A stretch of DNA of 63,786 bases, the filler included, from an uncultured Acidimicrobiia bacterium (GTDB taxonomy: Bacteria; Actinomycetota; Acidimicrobiia; Spongiisociales; JAOTWH01), in NCBI GenBank assembly GCA_964347285.1. It is 3 parts of 3 records of this genome, joined end to end, with 100 filler letters (N's around TTAATTAATTAA, not from the genome) between each part and the next. Parts side by side here need not be neighbours in the genome. Positions count along the whole stretch, not along the records: positions 1 to 24,700 come from CAYFYE010000030.1; positions 24,801 to 49,263 come from CAYFYE010000031.1; 1 more part is not named here. One strand, written 5' to 3'. A model generated the notes under the pieces. The model saw only the letters and a program-made list of their open reading frames with translations, had not been told where the DNA came from and searched no databases. Positions 24,292 to 33,660 of this stretch are shown one piece after another (within the stretch, counting starts at the first letter, position 1; each line of letters starts with the position of its first letter). A program made the translations under genes and the position numbers.

Positions 24292-24700
24292 GTCGCCCTC
24301 CTACGGTAGAACGAGTCTATGGCAACGGCGACCACCAGGACGACGCCGACGGCGATGTCCTGGATGGGCGCGTCCACTCCCACCAGGACCATGCCCGATT
24401 GCAGGGACTGCATCACCAGCGCGCCGAGCACGGCGCCCGGCACAGTGCCGATGCCGCCGGCGAGGGACGTTCCTCCGATCACTGCGGCCGCGATGACGTA
24501 GAGCTCGCTCAGCGTTCCCAGGCCGCTCACCGCGGCGTTGAGGCGGGCAATCTGCACTGCGGCGGCGATACCCACCAACACGCCCATCAGGGCGAAGGTC
24601 TTTACGATGGTCCAGCGGGTCTTGATGCCGCCCAGCTCGGCCGCCTCCGGATTGCCGCCGATGGAGAACACGTAGCGGCCGAATCGCAGGCGGGTGGCGA
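24288..24700 (-). CDS. Sugar ABC permease (XylH-like), 5'-truncated at contig end
   Basis: [31 protein letters not shown]. Confidence 0.88.
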
Positions 24701-24800
24701 NNNNNNNNNNNNNNNNNNNNNNNNNNNNNNNNNNNNNNNNNNNNTTAATTAATTAANNNNNNNNNNNNNNNNNNNNNNNNNNNNNNNNNNNNNNNNNNNN
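24701..24800. other. Artificial contig linker (N44-TTAATTAATTAA-N44)
   Basis: 100 nt with a six-frame stop cassette; identical to the second linker. Confidence 0.97.
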
Positions 24801-24848
24801 CTCGCCTCGCGCCGGGAATTGGCGGCTGCCGACTTCTACCATCTCGGT

Positions 24849-25868
24849 GTGTCGATCACCCCCTACGAGCCCCGATCCGCAAAAGTCCGCCGCCGGATCG
24901 TCACCATTCCCCGACTGTTCGTGGCGTTCACCTTGGCAACCCTGGCGCTCCCGGTTCTGTTCGTCGGGGCGGTGGTGGTGGACGCGTTTCGCGGCCTTTG
25001 CCGCCGGAAGCCGTGGGTGGCGGTACGGCTGACGGCAATCGGCTGGGTCTACCTGGCGGCCGAGGCGGCCGGAGTGTTGGCCCTCGGAGCAGCGTGGGTT
25101 CTCTGTGGCTTCGGTTCCCTGGGCCCGCCACTGATGACGTCGTCCTACGCCATACAGCGCTGGTGGGCGGCAACGATGTTTTCCGCCGCCCGGACCATAT
25201 TCGGCCTCCGGCTCTCGGTCGAGGGCGACGAGCATGTGGCACCCGGGCCCATCATCCTGCTCTTCCGCCATGCCAGCATCGTCGACAACTTGCTGCCCGC
25301 CGTCCTCGTCTCCGGGCGCCACCACATCAGGCTCCGGTGGCTTCTCAAGCGAGAGCTCCTTTCCGACCCGGCCCTGGACGTAGCCGGCAATCGCCTCCCC
25401 AACTACTTCGTCGACCGTGCCGGCGAAACCACCGTCGAGGTCGCCAATATCCGTGCACTGGCAGCCGATCTCGGGCCCGGTGACGGCGTGATGATCTACC
25501 CCGAGGGCACCCGCTTCACGCCCGACAGGCAGGAGCGGGCATTGGCCCGCCTGGCCGATGGTGACCCCAAAGCGCATGCGGCGGCCCGTCGGCTCCGCCA
25601 CGTCCTCCCGCCCCGCCCCGCCGGAACGCTGGCCCTGCTCGAAAGCGCCCCCGAGGCCGACATCGTGGTGGCCGCCCATACCGGACTCGACGGCTTTGCC
25701 CGGGTGAGCGACATCTGGGCTGGGGCCCTGGTGGGCCGCACGATTCGGGTCGCCTTCTGGCGGATTACCCGCAACACAGTCCCCGAGGGCACTTCGGCGC
25801 GCCGCGACTGGCTGTATGACCAATGGCGGCAAGTCGACGACTGGATCGAAGACCATCGGGAGGCGTAA
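24849..25868 (+). CDS. 1-acyl-sn-glycerol-3-phosphate acyltransferase family protein
   Basis: HASIVD (HX4D), LKRELL, YPEGTRF; start approximate. Confidence 0.85.
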   Translation: MSITPYEPRSAKVRRRIVTIPRLFVAFTLATLALPVLFVGAVVVDAFRGLCRRKPWVAVRLTAIGWVYLAAEAAGVLALGAAWVLCGFGSLGPPLMTSSYAIQRWWAATMFSAARTIFGLRLSVEGDEHVAPGPIILLFRHASIVDNLLPAVLVSGRHHIRLRWLLKRELLSDPALDVAGNRLPNYFVDRAGETTVEVANIRALAADLGPGDGVMIYPEGTRFTPDRQERALARLADGDPKAHAAARRLRHVLPPRPAGTLALLESAPEADIVVAAHTGLDGFARVSDIWAGALVGRTIRVAFWRITRNTVPEGTSARRDWLYDQWRQVDDWIEDHREA

Positions 25869-26644
25869 TGGAGGTGCTCTGGATCAACGCGGCGGTGGCG
25901 GCCGGGGCCTTCTGCGGCCTCTGGCTGGTCAGTCTGGCGCTGCGTGACGCCAGCATCGTCGACATCTTCTGGGGTTTCGGCTTCGTGGTGGTGGCCTGGG
26001 CGACGTTCCTCGTGGCCGACGGGCCCCTCGAGCGCCGTCTCCCCCTTCTCCTGCTGGTGACCATCTGGGGATTGCGCCTCTCCGGCCATCTGGCGTGGCG
26101 CAACATCGGTAAAGGAGAGGATTATCGCTATCAGGCGATGCGGCGTCGCCACGGGTCCCGGTTCGCGCTCGTGAGCCTGTTCACGGTCTTTCTGCTGCAA
26201 GGCATCATCCTGTGGATCGTGTCGCTCCCGGTGCAGGTGGGCATGGTCCCCACCGGCCCGGACACCTTCCTTCCGGCAGTGGTGGTCGGCATCGGACTGT
26301 GGGGCGTGGGGCTCTTCTTCGAGACCGTCGGCGATCTGCAGCTGGCTCGTTTCAAGGCCGATCCCGCCAACGACGGCAAAGTCATGGACCGGGGCCTGTG
26401 GCGGTATACCCGCCACCCCAACTACTTCGGCGATTTCCTGGTGTGGTGGGGTATCTATCTGGCGGCGTTGGGCGTCCTCGAGGTGTGGTGGACGATCGTC
26501 GGGCCCCTCCTGATGTCGTTCCTCCTGTTGCGGGTCTCGGGGGTGGCCTTGCTGGAACGCTCGATCGGCAAACGCCGTCCCGGCTATGAGGAGTACGTTC
26601 GACGCACCAGCGCCTTCTTCCCTCGACCTCCCCGCGAAGCCTGA
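25868..26644 (+). CDS. DUF1295 / steroid 5-alpha-reductase-like membrane protein
   Basis: DASIVDIFWG, EDYRY, GLWRYTRHPNYFG, YVRRTSAFFP. Confidence 0.88.
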   Translation: MEVLWINAAVAAGAFCGLWLVSLALRDASIVDIFWGFGFVVVAWATFLVADGPLERRLPLLLLVTIWGLRLSGHLAWRNIGKGEDYRYQAMRRRHGSRFALVSLFTVFLLQGIILWIVSLPVQVGMVPTGPDTFLPAVVVGIGLWGVGLFFETVGDLQLARFKADPANDGKVMDRGLWRYTRHPNYFGDFLVWWGIYLAALGVLEVWWTIVGPLLMSFLLLRVSGVALLERSIGKRRPGYEEYVRRTSAFFPRPPREA

Positions 26645-26699
26645 GCCCGGTTTTTCGCGGGAACCAGTCCCCGGCGACTACTACCCTGACGCGTAGCGA

Positions 26700-26800
26700 C
26701 CCCCCGGGGAGCTCGGGAAAGCCGGGCTGAGAGGGCGGCCGGGCAGCAGGTAACGCCGCCGACCCGTGGAACCTGAACTGGGTAATGCCAGCGGAGGAAG
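26700..26800 (+). ncRNA. TPP riboswitch (THI element)
   Basis: GGGGAGC...GCTGAGA...GACCCGTGGAACCTGA...GGTAATGCC.GCG.AGG core directly upstream of thiamine genes. Confidence 0.93.
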
Positions 26801-26802
26801 CC

Positions 26803-27453
26803 GTGGACGTACACCCCACAGCATGGGTCCTCACCGGTGGTGATCCGGTGGGGCCCGATCTGGGCTCCGAACTCCCACCTGCTCGCTGGGTGCTGGCCGC
26901 CGACTCCGGCCTGTCCCTGGCGGCAACCATGGGGGTGATGGTCGACGTCGTCGTCGGCGACATGGACTCGGTCGAACCTGCCCTGCTGGCCGACGCCGAA
27001 GCGGCCGGCGCCCGCCTCGAGCGCCATCCGATCGACAAGGACGCCACCGATCTGGAGCTCGCGGTGGCTGCGGCCGTCGGCCTCGGTGCCGGCCGGGTCG
27101 TAGTCGTCGGCGGACACGGAGGACGCCTCGACCACCTCCTCGCCAATGCGTTCCTCCTCGCCGCACCCGGCCTGGCCGGTCTCCAGATGGAGTGGTGGGT
27201 GAACGGTTTTCGGGTCGTGGCGGTACGGCGAGAGGCCGAATTGCATGGTTCCCCCGGTGACGTGGTCACCCTGCTCCCGGTCGGCGGAACGGCGAGCGGA
27301 ATCACCACGAGCGGTCTTCGCTGGCCCCTCCACAACGAGCAGCTGGAGGCCGGCTCCACCCGCGGAGTCAGCAACGTGATGACCACCGGTGCCGCGGCGG
27401 TATCGGTTCGGGACGGGGTCGTGCTCGCCATCCATCACAGGAGCCAGCTATGA
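26803..27453 (+). CDS. thiN: Thiamine diphosphokinase
   Basis: AADSG, VGDMDS, DKDATDLELA, GGRLDH, GLRWPL, RGVSN. Confidence 0.9.
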   Translation: MDVHPTAWVLTGGDPVGPDLGSELPPARWVLAADSGLSLAATMGVMVDVVVGDMDSVEPALLADAEAAGARLERHPIDKDATDLELAVAAAVGLGAGRVVVVGGHGGRLDHLLANAFLLAAPGLAGLQMEWWVNGFRVVAVRREAELHGSPGDVVTLLPVGGTASGITTSGLRWPLHNEQLEAGSTRGVSNVMTTGAAAVSVRDGVVLAIHHRSQL

Positions 27454-28496
27454 GATCCAGACTCTTGAGCGTGCTGCTGGCTGCCGTGGCGTTGACGGTC
27501 ACGGCGTGCGCCGAGGAAGCCGCCGACACCCCCCGCCCTCTGGTGCTGCTCACCCACGACTCGTTTGCCGTGTCGGAAGAGGTGCTGGCCGGATTCACCG
27601 CGGAGACCGGCATCGGGGTCGAGGTGCTGCGAGGCGGGGATGCCGGCACGATGCTCAATCAGGCCATCCTCACCAAGGACAACCCCATCGCCGACGTGCT
27701 CTTCGGCGTCGACAACACCTTCCTGGCTCGGGCCCTCGATGAGGAGATCTTCGAGAAGTACGAGCCCTCCGGCCTGGATGACGTCCCCGGCGAGCTGAAG
27801 GAGGGCACCGAGAGCCGGGTGGCGCCGGTCGATTTCGGCGATGTGTGCCTGAACTACGACAAGGAGGCCTTTGCTGCCTCCGCTGTGACAGTGCCCGAGA
27901 CTCTCGACGACCTGCTCGAACCCGACTACCGGGGAATGTTGGTCGTCGAGGACCCAGCCACTTCCTCCCCGGGCCTGGCCTTCCTCCTCGCCACTATCGA
28001 CCGGTTCGGCGAGCAGCAATGGCGTGGCTTCTGGGAGGGCCTGCGGGCCAACGACGTCGAGGTCACTTCCGGTTGGGAGGAGGCCTACTACGGGTCCTTC
28101 TCCGGCGGCTCCGCCGAGGGTGATCGGCCTCTCGTGGTCTCCTACGCCTCCTCCCCGCCGGCCGAGGTCATCTTCGCCCCCGAGCCGATCACCGAGGCTC
28201 CCACGGGAGTGGTCCTCGACGGCTGCTTCCGCCAGGTGGAGTATGTCGGGATCCTCGATGGAACCGAGGCTCGCGACGAGGCCGAGCAGCTCGTCGACTT
28301 CATGCTGTCGATCCCCTTCCAAGAAGACATCCCGCTCAACATGTTCGTGTTCCCGGCCAACGAGCAAGCCGAGCTCCCCGTCGAATTCATCGAGCACACC
28401 GAGATCCCGTCGGATCCGGCCACCCTCGACCCGGCGATGATCGCCGCCAATCGCGACCGCTGGATCAAAGAGTGGGCCGAAATCGTATTGCAGTGA
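27450..28496 (+). CDS. thiB: Thiamine ABC transporter substrate-binding lipoprotein
   Basis: Lipobox VTAC; THDSF, GVDNT, SSPGLAF, W..AY, SYASSP, CFRQVEY. Confidence 0.9.
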   Translation: MRSRLLSVLLAAVALTVTACAEEAADTPRPLVLLTHDSFAVSEEVLAGFTAETGIGVEVLRGGDAGTMLNQAILTKDNPIADVLFGVDNTFLARALDEEIFEKYEPSGLDDVPGELKEGTESRVAPVDFGDVCLNYDKEAFAASAVTVPETLDDLLEPDYRGMLVVEDPATSSPGLAFLLATIDRFGEQQWRGFWEGLRANDVEVTSGWEEAYYGSFSGGSAEGDRPLVVSYASSPPAEVIFAPEPITEAPTGVVLDGCFRQVEYVGILDGTEARDEAEQLVDFMLSIPFQEDIPLNMFVFPANEQAELPVEFIEHTEIPSDPATLDPAMIAANRDRWIKEWAEIVLQ

Positions 28497-30109
28497 CCGC
28501 CCGGTACGGCTGGGTCCTCGTTGCCGCACCGCTGGCCTTCCTCGGATACTTCTTCGTCTACCCGGTGGCCCGCATCCTCGGCGAGGCGCTCTCGGGGAGC
28601 GACGGATGGGAGGCCGCGCCGTTCTTCGACGTGTTCACCGATCGACGGCTGCGCGGTGTTGCCTGGTTCACTCTGTGGCAGGCCGCCCTGTCCACCGTCC
28701 TCACCGTGATCGTGGCCATGCCGGGCGCCTACGTCCTGGCTCGGTACGAGTTCCCCGGCAAGAGACTGGTGAGGGCGGCGGTGACCGTTCCATTCATGCT
28801 CCCCACGCTCGTGGTCGGCTCCGCTTTTCTTGCTCTGTTCGGCTCATCGGGCGCCCTCGGCATCAGCCTCGAGCGCACCGTGTGGGCGATTCTCATTGCC
28901 CACGTCTTCTTCAACTACGCGGTGGTGGTGCGTACGGTTGGGGGCCTGTGGGCCCACCTCGACCCTTCTCTCGAGGAGGCCGCCCGGATGCTGGGCGCCT
29001 CCCGCTGGAGGATCTTTCGAGAAGTGACCCTGCCGCTGCTCGGTCCGGCCCTCGCCGCCGCCTCGTCGATCATCTTCCTATTCACGCTGACGTCGTTTGG
29101 CGTCATCCTCGTCCTGGGAGGGCCCCGACTCGCCACAGTGGAGGTCGAGATATACCGCCAGGCCACCGCATTTCTCGCCCTCGACGTGGCCGCGGCCCTG
29201 GCCATCGTCCAGCTGCTGGCGGTCGCCGTCATCCTCATCATTTACTCCCGCTATCAGGAGCGGCGAGCGGTACGACAGCGCTTGCGCCCGGTGGCCGAGG
29301 TGGCCCGGCGGCCTCGCAACCGGCGGGAGCAAATGGTGGTCGGGGCCAACCTCGGGCTCATGGCGATCCTCCTGGGCGGCCCGCTGCTGGTGCTGGTGGA
29401 ACGGGCACTGCGAGTCGCCGACGGCTACGGCATCGGCAACTTCACCGCGCTCGGCGAACCGACGTCGGCCCTGCTGGTGCCTCCGGTCGAGGCCCTGCGC
29501 AACTCCTTGGGTTTTGCCCTGGCGGCGACTGCGCTGGCGCTGACGATCGGGCTGACGGCCGCAGTCGTCATCGCTCATCGCAGCGGACCGGCCTCTCGCT
29601 GGTTCGACACACTGCTCATGCTCCCGCTGGGCACGTCGGCTGTGACCATCGGATTCGGCTTGCTGCTCGCCCTCGACTGGCCGCTGGACATCCGTACCTC
29701 TCCGGCGGTACTCGTCGTCGCTCAGGCCCTCGTGGCCATTCCCTTCGTGGTGCGGGCCGTCACCCCGGTGATGCGGTCGATCCAGCATCGCCTCCGTGAG
29801 GCTGCGGCCGTGTTGGGCGCCGCTCCAGGGCGGGTGTGGCGCGAGGTCGACCTACCCATCGTGGGCCGGGCTGCGCTCGTGGGAGCGGGATTTGCGGCCG
29901 CGATCTCTCTGGGCGAGTTCGGCGCCACTGCATTCGTCGTGCGGCCCGACGCCCCCACGCTCCCGGTGGCGATCTTCCGGCTGCTCTCCCAGCCGGGTTC
30001 GGCCAACTTCGGGCAGGCGATGGCGATGAGCGTCATCCTGATGATCCTCACCGCGGTCGTGGTGCTCGCCATCGACCGGTTCCGAGCCGGGGAGATCGGA
30101 GAGTTCTGA
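28493..30109 (+). CDS. thiP: Thiamine ABC transporter permease
   Basis: Duplicated permease with two EAA loops, AHVFFN and SLGEFGAT; operon context. Confidence 0.88.
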   Translation: MTARYGWVLVAAPLAFLGYFFVYPVARILGEALSGSDGWEAAPFFDVFTDRRLRGVAWFTLWQAALSTVLTVIVAMPGAYVLARYEFPGKRLVRAAVTVPFMLPTLVVGSAFLALFGSSGALGISLERTVWAILIAHVFFNYAVVVRTVGGLWAHLDPSLEEAARMLGASRWRIFREVTLPLLGPALAAASSIIFLFTLTSFGVILVLGGPRLATVEVEIYRQATAFLALDVAAALAIVQLLAVAVILIIYSRYQERRAVRQRLRPVAEVARRPRNRREQMVVGANLGLMAILLGGPLLVLVERALRVADGYGIGNFTALGEPTSALLVPPVEALRNSLGFALAATALALTIGLTAAVVIAHRSGPASRWFDTLLMLPLGTSAVTIGFGLLLALDWPLDIRTSPAVLVVAQALVAIPFVVRAVTPVMRSIQHRLREAAAVLGAAPGRVWREVDLPIVGRAALVGAGFAAAISLGEFGATAFVVRPDAPTLPVAIFRLLSQPGSANFGQAMAMSVILMILTAVVVLAIDRFRAGEIGEF

Positions 30110-31113
30110 TGCTGACCGTGGAAGACGTCGCGGTCCACTTCGAGACCAAAGCGGCGCTCGACGGCATCGACCTGACCGTCGGCGGACGCGAGGTGGTGGC
30201 CGTGCTGGGCCCGTCGGGATGTGGCAAGACCACGTTGCTGCGCGTGATCGCCGGCTTGCAAGATCCCGAGCGAGGACGGGTGCGCTGGGATGGACGGAAC
30301 CAGGCCGGTGTTCCGTCCCACCTGCGGCGCTTCGGCTTGATGTTTCAGGATCTGGCGCTGTTTCCTCACAAAAGCGTCGGAGGGAACGTGGCCTTCGGGC
30401 TGCGCATTGCCGGGCTCGAGGAAAGAGACATCGAGGCCCGGGTGGCTGAGGTCCTGGAGCTGGTCGGACTCGAAGGCCAGGAACACCGCCGCATCGGCAC
30501 CCTCTCCGGCGGGGAGCAGCAGCGGGTGGCGCTGGCCCGGGCGCTGGCACCGTCGCCACAGCTTCTCATGCTCGACGAGCCCCTGGGAGCGTTGGACCGG
30601 GCGCTGCGGGAACGACTGACCCTGGAGTTACGGCGGATTTTCGACGAGGTCGGCTTGCCGGTCCTCTACGTCACCCACGATCAGGAAGAGGCCTTCGCCG
30701 TCGCCGATCGCATCGCAGTGATGAACCGGGGCCGCATCGAAGCGGAGGGCGCCTCCGATGAGCTGTGGGATGACCCCGGCACCGAGTTCGTGGCCCGGTT
30801 CCTCGGCTTCAACAACATCGTCGACGCCGAGCTGGGCGACGGACGGGCCATCACGCCGTGGGGCGAGCTGACGGTCGGCGATGATCTCCCCCCTGGGCAT
30901 CATCGGCTCGTCGTCCGCCCCGACGCCGTCCTCCTCGACGACACGGCGCCCCTGCGAGCGTCGGTCGACTCGATCACGTTCCGGGGTGATCACGTCCTCC
31001 TCCGCCTACGTCCGGTGACGGGACCCCCCCTCGAGGCAGTGGCGGCCCGCCGGCCGGAGTCCTCTCACGTCCGCTGGAGAGTGGATCCAAGCGGAGTACG
31101 GGTCGTCGACTAG
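30109..31113 (+). CDS. thiQ: Thiamine ABC transporter ATP-binding protein
   Basis: GPSGCGKTT, LSGGEQQR, LDEP, THDQEEA; TGATG coupling to the permease. Confidence 0.85.
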   Translation: MLTVEDVAVHFETKAALDGIDLTVGGREVVAVLGPSGCGKTTLLRVIAGLQDPERGRVRWDGRNQAGVPSHLRRFGLMFQDLALFPHKSVGGNVAFGLRIAGLEERDIEARVAEVLELVGLEGQEHRRIGTLSGGEQQRVALARALAPSPQLLMLDEPLGALDRALRERLTLELRRIFDEVGLPVLYVTHDQEEAFAVADRIAVMNRGRIEAEGASDELWDDPGTEFVARFLGFNNIVDAELGDGRAITPWGELTVGDDLPPGHHRLVVRPDAVLLDDTAPLRASVDSITFRGDHVLLRLRPVTGPPLEAVAARRPESSHVRWRVDPSGVRVVD

Positions 31114-31184
31114 AGTGTCGGCTTCAGTCTGGCCCCGTAGCGGCCGATACCACTCTCTGTGTCATTGACCGGGGAGCCCTCCTA

Positions 31185-32948
31185 GTGCCACGTCCCACCC
31201 ACGCGATCATGTCCGCCATCGTCCTCGCCGCCCTGCTGGCGCTCGCCCCGGCAACCGCCCACGCCGGCGGCGAGGTCCTCATCGAGTCCGACGGTGTGGT
31301 CCGGGCCGGCTACTACCCGGATTCGTCAGTGCCCTTCTTCGGAATCGACGCCGACATCGAGTCCTTCGGCGTGGCCGCCGGCAAGAAGGCCACCTTCGTG
31401 GGCTCCTTCCACCGTATCGACGAGAACAATCCCGGCGATCCGTTCTCGAACACCGGTCACCTCCTCGAGTCGGCCTGGTCGGCCGGGGCCACCCCCTTCG
31501 CCAATGTGGCGGTGCCCGGCAAGTTCGGCAACGACGCCAAGATCGCCGAGTGGGCCGGCCGGGTGAAGGACTGGCTCAACCAGGGCGGAGGGCGCTCGCT
31601 CATCGTCGCCCCGATGCAGGAAATGAACTGGCTGGTGCCCGGCGGCGTCGTGCCCTGGCAGTGCGACCCGGCTTTCTACCGGAGCGAGTATCGCAAGTTC
31701 GTCTCCACCTTCGCCTCCTTCGGCATCGACGAGACCAAGGTCCGCTGGGCGTACGCACCCAACAACGCCACTGCCCCCGGTTGCGGCTCGATCGCCGACT
31801 ACTACCCGGGCCACGACGTCGTCGACATCCTCGGTGTGTCCGCCTACAACCAGGAAGGGGTGGGGGGCGGCTACGACAGCCCGTACACCGCAATGGACGC
31901 CGCCTTGGCAGAGCTGACCGCCCTGGCCCCCGCCAAGCCGCAGATGATCGCTCAAACGGCTTCCTGTGCCGGGATCGGCCAGGACGACTGGGTCTCGCAG
32001 CTGTTCGACTACACGGCGGCCGCCGACAACGTCGTCGCGTTCATCTGGTTCAACCACAACAAGGAGTGCGACTGGCGTTTCTGGAACGGGAGCTCGATCA
32101 CGTCGGGCGCCCGATCCGGCATGCTGCGGGCTACGACCCGCTACGAAGCAGCTCCGCTCAGCGACTGGTTCAAGGCGGGCACGACCCTGGCCGTGGCCGG
32201 ACCGCCCCCTGCTCCGGATCCCTGCCCCGACGGTAAGGACTGTGACACGGTGGCCCTGGTGGATGGCGGCGCCAAGTTCTATCTGCGCGACGGCCTCACT
32301 ACCGGCGCCGAGCAGGACTCTTTCTTCTACGGCAATCCCGGGGACTACCCACTCATGGGCGACTGGAACTGCGACGGCACGGCCACGCCCGGCCAATACC
32401 GACAGAGCGACGGCTACGTCTACCTGAGGAACTCCAACACCCAGGGCGTGGCCGACATCCGCTTCTTCTTCGGCAACCCGGGTGACCTGCCGCTGGTGGG
32501 CGACTTCGATGGAAACGGTTGCGACTCGGTGTCGCTGTACCGCCCGGCCGACCAGAGCTTTCACGTCATCAACCGACTGGGGAGCAACGAGGGCGGTCTG
32601 GGCGCCGCCGACACCGCCTACGTCTTCGGCAACCCCGGCGACAAGCCCTTCGTCGGCGATTTCGATGGAGACGGGATCGACACCTTCGGCCTGCACCGGG
32701 AGTCCACCGGTTTCGTCTACTTCCGCAACTCCCACGGTTCGGGCATCGCCGACAAAGAGTTCTTCTTCGGCGATCCGGGCGACATCATCTCCGCCGCCGA
32801 CTGGAACGGAGACGGTGTGGACACGGTGGCGGTCTACCGCCCCGGCGACGGGAAGATCTACGTCCGACTCTCCAACACCGCCGGGAACGCCGACGTCGCA
32901 TTGGGCGTAGGGACCGGGTTCATCGGCTTCCTGCGCTCGGCCCGCTGA
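31185..32948 (+). CDS. Secreted GH26-like protein with C-terminal GD[WF]xGDG repeat domain
   Basis: Signal peptide; QEMN, WAYAPN and YYPG.DVVDILGVSAYN GH26 motifs; four GD[WF][ND]xDG-like repeats. Confidence 0.8.
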   Translation: MPRPTHAIMSAIVLAALLALAPATAHAGGEVLIESDGVVRAGYYPDSSVPFFGIDADIESFGVAAGKKATFVGSFHRIDENNPGDPFSNTGHLLESAWSAGATPFANVAVPGKFGNDAKIAEWAGRVKDWLNQGGGRSLIVAPMQEMNWLVPGGVVPWQCDPAFYRSEYRKFVSTFASFGIDETKVRWAYAPNNATAPGCGSIADYYPGHDVVDILGVSAYNQEGVGGGYDSPYTAMDAALAELTALAPAKPQMIAQTASCAGIGQDDWVSQLFDYTAAADNVVAFIWFNHNKECDWRFWNGSSITSGARSGMLRATTRYEAAPLSDWFKAGTTLAVAGPPPAPDPCPDGKDCDTVALVDGGAKFYLRDGLTTGAEQDSFFYGNPGDYPLMGDWNCDGTATPGQYRQSDGYVYLRNSNTQGVADIRFFFGNPGDLPLVGDFDGNGCDSVSLYRPADQSFHVINRLGSNEGGLGAADTAYVFGNPGDKPFVGDFDGDGIDTFGLHRESTGFVYFRNSHGSGIADKEFFFGDPGDIISAADWNGDGVDTVAVYRPGDGKIYVRLSNTAGNADVALGVGTGFIGFLRSAR

Positions 32949-33660
32949 ACGGACCCCAGCGCACCCACAGCATCCGGACCACCGTCGTTCCATACTTCGG
33001 GATGAGGGGCAGATAGCGCATCTTCGAGGTGCCGGCGGCTCGGTCCTTCAGCAGCAAGGGCACTTCGGCAATGTGAGCACCGCGACGGATGAGCCGGACC
33101 GAGATCTCCAGCTGGGCCTCGAACCCCTTGGCCCGGAATCCGAGGCGGCGGACCAGATCTGTTCGATAGGCGCGCAGCCCGGTGGTCAAGTCGCGCAGCC
33201 GTGTCCAAAACAGCAGCCGGAACACCAGATTGCCGATCCGGGACAGCCAGGCTCGCAACCAGGGAACACCGACCATCCCGCCGCCGGGCACAAACCGGCT
33301 GGCGAAGGCGGCGTCGGCGTCGTTGCAGGCCGCCACCAGCCGGGGAATCAACTCCAGGGGGTGGCTGAGGTCGGCATCAACCGTGACCACGATCCGTCCC
33401 CGGGCCGCGGCAAATCCGGAGGCGAGGGCCGCCCCCAGGCCCCGGTTGCGCTCGTGGGTGACCACCCGGAGCCGGGGATCAGCCTCTTCCAGGCGGGACA
33501 GCGTATCGGCGGTGCCATCGGTCGAACCATCGTCGACGATCAGGAGCTCCCACGAGGGCAGCAGGGAGGCGAGGGCTGCCTCCACAAACTGTCCCACCAC
33601 CGCCTCCTCCTGGTAGGCCGGAGCGAGGATCGTGACCTTTATCGATGCCGGCTCGGCCAT
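32920..33660 (-). CDS. GT2 glycosyltransferase (polyprenol-phosphate-mannose synthase-like)
   Basis: PAYQEE, VDDGSTDGT, NRGLGAA, DADLSH, DLTTGLRAYR. Confidence 0.88.
   Translation of the reverse strand: MAEPASIKVTILAPAYQEEAVVGQFVEAALASLLPSWELLIVDDGSTDGTADTLSRLEEADPRLRVVTHERNRGLGAALASGFAAARGRIVVTVDADLSHPLELIPRLVAACNDADAAFASRFVPGGGMVGVPWLRAWLSRIGNLVFRLLFWTRLRDLTTGLRAYRTDLVRRLGFRAKGFEAQLEISVRLIRRGAHIAEVPLLLKDRAAGTSKMRYLPLIPKYGTTVVRMLWVRWGPFSGPSAGSR

Noticed and set aside
24701..24800. TTAATTAATTAA palindrome within N-runs (also 49264-49363) as a biological site
   Set aside because: It is an identical 100-nt six-frame-stop linker used to concatenate contigs. It is artificial, and no linkage across it was inferred.
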